Below are positions 1 through 9,705 of a stretch of DNA of 64,000 bases, piece by piece. This DNA is from Basidiobolus meristosporus CBS 931.73. Its lineage: Eukaryota > Fungi > Basidiobolomycota. A program made the position numbers and the translations under genes. Position 1 is the first letter of the stretch; every line of letters starts with the position of its first letter. The DNA is taken from assembly GCA_002104905.1 (NCBI GenBank), contig MCFE01000293.1:1-64000 (forward strand), in the 5' to 3' direction. A model generated the notes under the pieces. The model was not told the DNA's origin, did not search any database, and saw only the letters and a program-made list of their open reading frames with translations.

Positions 1-232
1 TCTACCTCCCCTTGTTCAATTCATATATTCCACTGTAGAATCACCTTTCTTTATTTGCTTACCCACTACTACCTTGGGTATTCCACATATATTTTGAATA
101 AAAAAAAACTATGGCCTCCTGCTTACTAACCTCTACAAATGCGCACACCTGCCACAATTTACATACTTCTCTCACCTCAACTTTACGGCTTTTTAGTGTG
201 ATACTTGCAAAGTTGCCATACACCTTGTACTG

Positions 233-2486
233 CTAGTAGTATATACATCTTGCAAACAGATGCTTGGTTGTTGCCACTTCTGCCATGAATACCTCCTGAA
301 TATTGGCAAAGAACTTCTTGGTATTTAGCCAATATATTCCTTCTCCCTGCCGGATTCTAGTCCCCCTTATAGGTGTGCTTTTGCTCTTGTTTGTGTGAAT
401 TCTGTATTGAATAGTGTTGAAACTGGTTTGTGACCAAGAGAAACCCAGCATACTTTGGTAGAGTTTTCCTGATAAAATCAGTTGCTTGTTGCACCCAACC
501 CAACTGTGCATTGCTTAACTGATTACCCCTGCATTGGGGCTGCTTAGCTTCTTAATGTCATAGGCACAGGTGTCTCCATGTGCACATTGGTCCTCAGTGT
601 TTTCTAGCTCTTCCCAGCTGTCCTCCATGTGCCAACTCACCACATCCATGACAGACCTTAAGGTTGTATTCTTGATGAGATTGGGATATGGTAGTACCTG
701 CAACTTGACTTGTCCTCCTATCTCCCCACACATCTGCTCTATAGGAAACTCCCTACAGGTGAAGCAAGGACCAATGCTCTCAACACACCAAGCAAGATGG
801 AGTAGCAAATGGACACAGTAGCGGCAGAGATCTACACATTTAGCTTTTGGTTTATAGTATAGCCACTCAAATCCTGTTGCAAACTCTTTGCACAAAAGCT
901 GTCAATGTGTCAAGTTGGCATTAGTGATCTGCTTCTGGATAAATATTCCTACAATGTCCACATATGACTCCCAATGTTTCCAATGTACTCTTGGTAGGAG
1001 TGGCTTCAGAAGGCTACTTGAATAAATACATATCCAGTTCATCCAGTCCTTGCACTTGTATTGTTGCATATGTGTAAGAGTGTTGATTGGACCCCATGAG
1101 AAGTACTTAGGGTGATTGATATTCTGTAATATATTGCCAATTCTTTCAAATTTCACTGGTACCTCAAAGGGGTCATTTAGCTTGAATTGCCTCATATGTA
1201 ACTTGGTCATTGGTATAGAGATATTGTTGAAAAGCAAATGCATTGCTCCCAGTGGAAAGCTTTTGCTCAAACATATTGCCTCTATCTTAAGTATCTCTGA
1301 TTCCCAATTAATTTTGTACTGTGGCTAATGGCTTATAGCTTGCAAACTTTGCTGCAATTGGATGCTGACTTCTGTACATTCTCTCTGCAGAAAGATGCTG
1401 CTCTAGTGTTGGTTTTTGGGTAATAATAATGGGTGTGAGTTGTGGATTAAGTCTCCAGGATCTCACACATTTGACAGCAATACCGTTCATTGTGCCCAGA
1501 AAAGCCAGCAATCTTGCTGATGGCTGAGGTAGCTTCAATGCAGATAATAATATGCGCTTTGACATGATGACCATTTACTGTTATGCTGCTGGAAAGCATA
1601 CAGAACTCACCCAGCAGTGGAAGCAGGTAGCTATCCAGGTTGGATGGCAACTAGGCCCAGATCCCAGTGAGACTACCATCAGATTTCTGCTCTAATACCA
1701 TAAGATTGGTGGCAGATTCAGGTTGGAGAATCAGTGGCTAGCAGGATTTGCTGGTAGAGTACTTGCTTCATGCAAATCCATCAAGCTCCAAGGCAAAGGT
1801 ATGGTCATACATACCTTCAAGTAGCCCTTGCTTCTTATCTGTTTATAATGTTTGCCATCAAATATATGGATATGTTTGCACTTGATTGAAACTGAGTGCC
1901 ATATATTACAGCTTCACAATATTTGTTGGACTGCATGAACTTCTTTAGATGAGGTTTTGCCAGACTATCTGGAGTAAGAACAATGTTTTCCCCAGTGGTG
2001 GTGGATTTCTGGCAAGTTGGACACCGTGCAATAGAGGCATTTTCTGATATGACAGCCATGCAACTGTTAACACATGCTGGTATCAGGACAGTCTCTGGGT
2101 CATATGTTGCCAGCCACATGATGGCTGTCCTTTTATACCATGTACATGGTAAGTTGCATCCCAGGATGATTTTGGCAAGAAGTAGTAGTAAATCCTCAAA
2201 GCCCCCATTACTGATATTAGTGGAAATGTGCTACTTCTTTGGCCTCAAGATCACATCATTCACCAGTAGATGGATTACTGGGCTCACTTGGCTCCATAAA
2301 ATATCCTTGGCATTTTTTTCCTTGGGTGTTGTCTCATTGCAAAATGGGATTGTGCCAGGCTCATGCAGGGTACTGTTGTTAGGGAAGATAGGCTCACTAT
2401 CTAGCAGTGAGCCTGCTTCTTCAGAGCTATCACTCTGTGTGCCATATTCAGAAGGCTGGTATGAACCTAAAGAAGTCGCAAACTGA
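233..2486 (-). pseudogene. En/Spm Tnp2-like transposase, fragmented by stops and frameshifts
   Basis: Fragments PACVNSC..CPTC, SKIAGFSGHNERYCCQMC and HLLLHLAWCVESIGPCFTCREFPIEQMCG match the pattern of fungal CACTA transposases (C-x-N-x-C, GH-N-x3-C-x2-C, HxLLH..GP..FPxER). Confidence 0.8.
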
Positions 2487-3249
2487 TCTGACTCAGTAGC
2501 GCAAGGTGAGAAGTATGGCTAGGTGCCAATATGAAAGTATCAAGCAGCTGGCAAGATATTGTTGGTACAGTAGTGACTGGTGAATGGTGAAATATGATTT
2601 GTGTGGCAAAGCACTAGCCGTGATCCTTGTAGTACTTCCTATGCTGTCTGTGAGCTTCATGGTTGAGAGGCTTGCTACAATACCCACATGGTCTTTTTCT
2701 TCTTCTCTTACAGCATTGGATCAAAGTAGTCTTGTTCATGGGACAAACAGATTGACACTCAACAATGTAACACCATTATACCATTTTTTTGTCAACACTC
2801 ATGTGAATGTAAGACAGTCTTGTATTTAGGACATTGCACCTACATGAATGTAAGATTTAATGATGACCTGCCATAGAAAGCATTATAAATAAAGATGTGG
2901 CACCACATACACATGAATATGTAACACCATTTCTCCTATAGTTTGACTCACTTCCAAATATATACCGCCAAAAAATAAAGCAAAGTTGTCTGGTTCCCAA
3001 CCAAATGCCACCACTGACCGCAGCAGAGTAACTGTTGTACAACAGCTTGCATTGACATTCAGTGTAACAAGCAGGGCTACAACCAAAAAAGGCCCTGTGG
3101 ACAGTGTGTGATCTAAAGGGTAATAATGCAGACTCCTCAAACTCTTAGTCAAGTAGGCAATTGGAATCTCTGTGGAGCCACAAGCTTACCATATTGCCAA
3201 GGCAGATTAGAATGTTGCAAAAGCAGTACCTTCAGTTGAAGACCAGCAA

Positions 3250-4697
3250 GTGGCTGTTGTAACAATACCACTGCCTGCATTAGCAAAAATGTTATCAGCT
3301 CATACCAAAGCATTAATGAGGCAATTAGGTGCAGTGGCAGATAGGATAGATGTAATGGCCCAGAGAAACCAGGAAATAGTCCAGAAACAGTATGAGCAGA
3401 TAAAAGGTGTAGAGCAATCAATATCCCAGGTAGAGAAAGCAGTACTTTTGCTGCAAAGAAGGGACCTAAGTAGCTCAATGTCACAGCCAAGAAATGTGCC
3501 ATTTCCCAGTGTAACAGCAGAGGAACACTGTACAGCCTTTGAAGCACAACACCAGTGCACAAAGATAAAAGACTCGTTCCGTTGGATAGTGCCACATTGA
3601 GCCATGAGTGCCAAATGATGCCATAGTGTGCCAGAGATGTCAAGTGAGCCAATACTTGGCCACAGAGTGTGAAACATAGCTCTGCATCTTCATGTAAAGC
3701 AGCCCCTGTGCTTCTCCCATTGCGCAGGAGAAAATCCATTTTTTGACTTTTTTTTGTGAAGCCATTGAGTGTAATGATGAAGAGTGGGCTAATATTCAAA
3801 AGGTTATTAGAAGTCTAGCAGGCCAAAACCTTCAGGCCAGCATACTATGAGACCATCAGGAACTCAAGGCCAAGCAGAATGTGCTTGATTTGCTCCATGA
3901 GCATTATCCTGGTCTCAAACAAGCAAACAAATTTTGGGCCAGCATTGGTGTGCTAAGAAAGTAACCCAAGAGTAGTAGAAACTATCAAAGGCAGAACAAC
4001 AAGGGTGCAATGGCTAAAAATTAGGAACTTCCTCAAGAGCCCATTACAGGCAGGGCCAAAAGCTCCAAACAAGCCTCAAAGAGACAAGCAGGCCAAAGCA
4101 GATGCATCAGAGCAGCATTTATCAAGGAGAAAGTGTAGTTCAATACAAGAGGCACAGAGACAAAGTAGCAGTGAAAGACCTGACAGTGATGAAGAAAAGG
4201 GTAAAGGGAAAAGATCTACCCAAGCCAGAGACAGGGAGGTGTGAGAAAAAGCTGCAGTTCTCACCAGTTAATGCTGTAAGCCCAGAACCAACTGAATTCC
4301 ATCATAGCCAAAAGAATTACCAACAAGCAATCAGCTGTTTTCACAGGAGTTGGAAGCACAGCCAGTTGAGCTACACTCCAGTGAGGTAGATGAGCTTGCA
4401 GAGAAAGGCAACTTGTCTACCACAGCCTCCATGTCCTCTATTGTTGACATAGTGGACATCCCACTGACAGTCAAAGTAAAAATGTCAAGAACTCAGAAGG
4501 TTATCATAATGCCTTCAGTAAAATTTGGGAACATTGACAGGCACACCAAGAGGTTGCAGCACTTTTTCAAGAGCAGTGCTCAAGAAAATGCACCTGAATG
4601 TTGCAATGGTTTACTGCAAAGACTGGCAGATGAGGTGCTAGACCTTGCAGTGCTGGCTGCAGACCAGGACATATGGAAATCAGTGAATCAACAGTGA
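3250..4697 (+). pseudogene. CACTA accessory ORF of unknown function, divergently oriented from the transposase
   Basis: Coiled-coil-like N-terminal ORF 3250-3600, then LHEHYPGLKQANKFWASIGVLRK with stops. The same peptide (FHEHYPGFKQANGFWACTGVLRKYLRNSR) is at 60530-60925 (-) in copy 3. Confidence 0.6.
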
Positions 4698-5589
4698 CAT
4701 AAAGCTGTAGGGTTCCCACTAAAGTCATGGAAACAAGGTATCATGCAGAAATACTTTATGAGTAGTGGATTTTAATGGAGTTACTTGTTGAGTGTGAGGT
4801 TGGGTGTAATGGGACTGTAGAATATAGGGACTTGATAGGTCTATACAATAGACTTTTTCCAGCGTACTGTGCCAGGGCGCGCGGTGTGATCCACGGTTGT
4901 AAAGAACAATTGGGCGCAATATTATAGCTACCAGAAGGCAGGATTGTTCTTGGACAATTTTGCACTATGGGGGACAATCTTGCACACTATGGTACAATCT
5001 GACACGATGAGGTTGGCACGGATGATTGCGCCAGCTTGTATTGTTTACATCACGTGCGCAATCAGATACCGCTATTATGGCAGGTAAAATCCGGTATTTG
5101 GATATGTTTCTTTAATGTAAATGGAAATAAATGTGTATCACACTATAAACTACACTAATACTTACCATTTTGGTTACCCTCACTCCAATTGGATGGCATC
5201 TCAGTGGTTAATTGGTCCAAAGTATCCTGAAGCTGGCAGCCCCCAATTGGCTCATTGACTACTGAAAAGCTACCTGATTTGCCATCAAATATCCCATTTT
5301 GCCCATTGAGCAAGTAAATCCCTGATCCTAGTGATTGGAAAAGGTGTTATAGCTAGCACGCAAGCAATTGTGTAGGTGGAAAACAGATCCAATAGCTGCA
5401 CGGTATTACAGATGACATATATATATGCAGGGTGTTTATTTATAGGGGTTCTGTCTCAAATGTGCGACAACCTTGATATTACTTATATCAAAAATTTGAT
5501 GATCACTGATTTGCAATGGCTTGATTTGGATTGCAAAAAAAAAGGGTTGTCAGGATCATTACAAATGTGAGCAATTCAAAGCAATTGCA

Positions 5590-7720
5590 TCATCTTCTCC
5601 TGGGTTTTTTTCTCACAGGGATTACTACTGAAGCATTTGGTAGTGACTCACTTGGCACACCTATACTACTTCCTGGCTGACTATCATCTTGGCTACTTGT
5701 GTATTTGTAGTCAGCATTTTGCCTCCTAGTTGATGAGTGCAATGCTGCAGCTTGGCCGCGCTGAATTGCTCCAACTGAACCAACTGAACTGGCCTGTAGT
5801 GCCATGTGCTGACGTGTTCTTTTACTTGCCAAAGGCTCCGGTGGTTGAGGCACTTCATGTTGGTCATCATCAGTCAGTTCACCAGAAGTAACTTGCTGAT
5901 GGTCAGACAAAAAGGCACACGCAGGCACGCCTTGATGCGTTGAGATGGCCCTTGGCTGAGTTTGATGTGATGCTGCTTGTCGACGCAACTTGGTCTGCTC
6001 CAATGGACTCATGTCTAAATGAGCAGTTTGGCAAGTTCTTGTAGTTTTGCTCTGAAGCATGCGTGTTGACCCAACGCATGTTGACTCAATGCAGGGCGTT
6101 CTGGTAAAGGGTGTTGGTGTGGTCTGGACTGACATGCGCCAGCGCGCTGTGGTTGCAAGAGATGGTAGGGAATCCAGCAAGGCGTGCTGGCGCAATCTGG
6201 ACAACATTGCTTGTGGTCTGTATTCTTCCTCCTGAAGCTCACCATCTGATTTCTCAAGGTATCACTTACCCTCTGTCTGATACTTTGGAGCTGTTGCCTG
6301 GATGAGTCCTGTGTATATTGCTCTCGGAAGCCACTTGGCTCTACTAATATATCATGTAGTACATTAGTCATTTGAGGCAAAAACTCATTCAAAATCTCTT
6401 TAGTTCCCAAAGTTGAGGCACAAACGGATGCTGTAGTGGGGTGACAGTGACACCCACTGACAGATGTGCTCATTCCCTTATTTTCTACTTCCCTACATCT
6501 CTACTACACTTATTTTAGTTTTATCCCATTTGTCTTACCCAATCAGTACTATCCCATAAGCCGGTTGACTATCACACCTGCTTACCTTATTGCATAAGTT
6601 ACCCTCACTTTATGTAAGATTACTAGCTTTAGGTACTTCTATATTAGGCAAGTACCCGCGCCAGTACCCGTGCCACATGATCAACCTGTGTCACCATCCC
6701 TACCATATCCATACCATATATGGTATCCCCATGTTACTCAGGTTTCAGAATACTGATTCCTGATTGGTTGGATGTGCTGTGCCTCTTAGAACCTTCCGGC
6801 ACCTACTTAGAACATTCTTAGGTCATTCTGATGTCATTAAGATTTCTATTGATATCTGGAACCTTCTGGAACACCATGATTAGTAATCACTTAGCCAGTG
6901 AGAAAAGTATATAAGGGAGGCTATCCCTCTACAATAAATCATCATCCCTTTCATCAATATACCAACTTGTTGATTAGTGTGACCACTGCTACCTGCTGCT
7001 ACCTGAACTTCCAACCCCAGACCACAGGACACTCCCAGGAAACCGTGCTGACAGCCAACTGACCTTGGAGGCACTACTTGTGAGGTATACTCAGAGTAGG
7101 TATCTTTTATTATATTTGATTCTTTCCCAAGTTTGTTCTTGTACAGGCAAAGATACTTTTCTGTCTTTGTAACTATTGATCACAGCTGCATTCTTATCAA
7201 GTCCCTGCTGGTGGAGTTTACAGTTGTTTTGACTTTGGAAGCTTTAGTACATTGTCATCTCAAAGGACGCTGAACCCAGCACATACTTTTGTTAAGATGC
7301 CAACTAGGTTGGGGATTGTAGCTCAATAGTTTTCCCCTGACAAGCTTGTGGCTTTATTCCCCTTCACATTAGATTAGAAACAGAACCCAAGTATTCCTAG
7401 CAAGCTTTTGCCAGAGGTTATTGCACCCAGTGAACACCCCACACACAAAGCACTTGAGAAGTGCTGGACGTATCTCTCCCTTGGACCCATACACCACCAC
7501 AACACATCCAGCCCGTACTATGCAAATTGCGTGCAAAATTGTTCCTGCGTGGCTTCTTTGTCAAATCCCCTCACTCTCAGCTCATTCTTGATTTCAATAC
7601 TTGTCTTGTTATATATCTTTTTACATACATTGGCTGGCATCTTGATGTAGAACTCATGCCACAGCTTTCTACTCAAATTCTTCCATCTTTGTCAACTCTC
7701 TGAGGTATCTAGTTCTGCTA
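5590..7720 (-). pseudogene. Accessory ORF of the PHIS element, split by a solo LTR and carrying stops and a frameshift
   Basis: Removing 6432-7501 plus one TSD joins ...FCTQFA*YGLD to ASVCASTLGTKEILNEF... (the frame of track ORF 6015..6473). It continues by frameshift into 5590..6207, which ends in an NLS-like RKKPRRR. Confidence 0.6.
6432..7501 (+). mobile_element. Solo LTR, family G (1070 bp, probably Ty3/gypsy-type)
   Basis: TGTAGTGG...CCACCACA ends, a TATA-like GTATATAAG and AATAAA. Flanks ATGC/ACAC reconcile as a 4-bp TSD ACGC. A near-identical inverted copy is at 10283-11352. Confidence 0.8.
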
Positions 7721-8217
7721 GATTAATCAGTAGTGCCTAAATATCTTTATGAAGGCTCATCATAGACACTTGGGCCATACTAAAATCATTTTGCAAGAAC
7801 TCAAACGGATTGGACATCAACTTTTCCGGTCCGGACCACGCTTGTGAGCTGGGGGATGGGTTTTGTCTGGGTTGTACTAAAGATGAGTTGAGGCTTGGTA
7901 TGGGGACCATAGCGACGGATTTGGATACTTATACAGCAGTATATTGGCATCAACCTGGTCTTATATGAAATATATATGAAAATTAATGTGATCGTTGAAT
8001 TTTCCATATATTATGCATGATGCATCTTGAATTGCGTTGACACAGATCAGATCACATTAATTGCAGATTTTCTATTTGATTATAGACTTTTGATTGAAGC
8101 ATCAATAAAAGTACCAAGGCATTGTTTGCAGATGATTTTTGCAACATAATGATGGGATACATGGCAATTGATGGAGATTTAACCATAATGTATTAAAAAT
8201 CAGATAAATAACGCAGA

Positions 8218-9153
8218 TTGCACCAAATCAATTCAAACCGTCTCCATACATCATCCACCAATTTTAATATGACTTACTCATCTGAATGGTCTTTTCTCAT
8301 CAATCCCATCACTACCACTGAATTTCCATTTGACACACTAGAGGAGATCTATTTCAAGTACTGTGGACCATCAACCTCAATCTACTCAAGGAGATCCCTT
8401 GTTAAGCTTCTCTGCCATTACAAGAACTATTGCCCTACAAGGTTTCATCCCACCATCCATGGCAACAAAAGTCCTAGAAGCTTTCATCCACAGCTGACAG
8501 CAATGGAGAACCACCTTGCAGAGGGTATGAATGACTTGGAGCAAGCTTGGAATACTAGGTTCAGAAGCTCCAATAGACTTCCATATCCCAGAGTGTTCAG
8601 CAACAGGTTCCATATCAGGAGTATTTGGGATACCTTCCCAGTGAGGATTAACAGACCTTGTAGAGGGCAGAGGTGCTTTTATTCTGGCAAGTACAAGGCA
8701 CACTGTGTGAAGTTTCAAGCACTGTCTGACATTGAGGGTAACATCATCTGGTTTAGTGGGCCATTTGCTGGAAGTAGGCATGACAAAGCACTCTGGGTAG
8801 AGAATCATCCTGAATTCAGTAGAGGGGAGAAATGTATGGCAGACTTAGCCTATATAGGAGAGGATTGTCAGAGATTAGGATGTATTACAGCTTATAGGAA
8901 GCCAAGGAATGGTGTGCTTAGCAAGAAGCAGAAGCTCTACAATGAGCTATTTAATCATTTCAGAGTAAGGGTAGAGCACATATTTGGATATCTGAAGAGA
9001 TTCAGCATATTGGCAGGTAAATACAGAGGAAAGTCATATATAGGAGAAAACAGCAGAATAGGTAAAATAGTTAAGATACTTACTAATGCACAGTATGTTC
9101 ACACAAGAAGACATCCACTGAGAGAAATGTGTCTGGAGCATTATGAAGAGTAA
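8218..9153 (+). CDS. DDE_Tnp_4-type (Harbinger/ISL2EU-like) transposase, intact ORF (likely start 8269)
   Basis: IWDTFPVRINRP..QRCFYSGKYKAHCVKFQ..G..GSRHD..MADLAYIG..KP....YN....RVRVEHIFGYLKRFSIL. The putative D, D, E triad is present. Confidence 0.9.
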   Translation: MHQINSNRLHTSSTNFNMTYSSEWSFLINPITTTEFPFDTLEEIYFKYCGPSTSIYSRRSLVKLLCHYKNYCPTRFHPTIHGNKSPRSFHPQLTAMENHLAEGMNDLEQAWNTRFRSSNRLPYPRVFSNRFHIRSIWDTFPVRINRPCRGQRCFYSGKYKAHCVKFQALSDIEGNIIWFSGPFAGSRHDKALWVENHPEFSRGEKCMADLAYIGEDCQRLGCITAYRKPRNGVLSKKQKLYNELFNHFRVRVEHIFGYLKRFSILAGKYRGKSYIGENSRIGKIVKILTNAQYVHTRRHPLREMCLEHYEE

Positions 9154-9705
9154 ATAAAGCAAGGAAAGCACTATTCTGAGCAACATAAGTAAGATTGAGT
9201 AAAATTACCAGTAACTGTATCATACCACTGGCATCATGGTAGAATTTATAGTGCAAGATAGTGCTGTAGAGTGCCAGATCAATCTGGCACCATAAACAGG
9301 CTGGCACTATGTGGCACTATCCAACAGAACAAGTCTAATTGGCAATTGAAGTACAACTGAAGTTTCAACAGAAATAAATCAATTTGTATGCATGAAATGT
9401 AAGGGAAACAGTTGAGTCAGGAAGTAAGTAGTGTGAAAAAGAAGCAATAGCCAATCAATGCACACAAATGTAGGAGGTGATAGAGTGTCTGGGATCAGAA
9501 AATGGGAAAATTGGCAGAGAACCAATCAATAGCCACTTTTGTATTGTTGTGATGAAAAATTTTGACTAAGATTTCTGTGAAATCTGGGGTGCAATTATTT
9601 TTTGATGGTCTTTGCACGGTGTCCTGATGGGAGCAATACTTAGTCAGGGGACTTAGAATTTGTGATGGCCTTTTGACAGGAACATCACAATAATTTTTCA
9701 TAGGG

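Larger units (their letters stand above)
4850..9336 (+). mobile_element. PHIS-superfamily (PIF/Harbinger-ISL2EU-like, possibly Pangu-type) two-ORF DNA transposon
   Basis: Imperfect TIRs AGACTTtTTC..GTGCCA (4850-) and its reverse complement ending AAGTCT (9336). 3-bp TSD AAT at 4847-4849 and 9337-9339. Removing the element restores the CACTA sequence length seen near 59370. Subterminal GCACTATG repeats occur at both ends. Confidence 0.75.
1..9705 (-). mobile_element. CMC/CACTA (En/Spm-like) DNA transposon copy 1; left end lies outside the window; carries nested insertions at 4850-9336
   Basis: Degenerate transposase on - (233-2486) and accessory ORF on + (3250-4697). Right terminus ...TTTTCATAGGG ends at 9705, i.e. 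CCCTATG on the other strand, fitting the CMCWR terminus consensus. Homologous to copies at 44185-57605 and 57610-63119. Confidence 0.85.

Noticed and set aside
6431-7505. TG...ACAACA element with a 1-bp TSD (palindromic GGATGCATCC target)
   Set aside because: The copies at 59088 and 61833 end at CCACCACA and the 61030 copy has a perfect 4-bp TSD. A 4-bp TSD with CpG decay explains all copies more simply.
8218-9153. Horizontally acquired bacterial IS5/ISL2 element
   Set aside because: The two-ORF architecture, TSD and CpG-free codon usage fit a resident eukaryotic PHIS family; nothing prokaryote-specific was seen.
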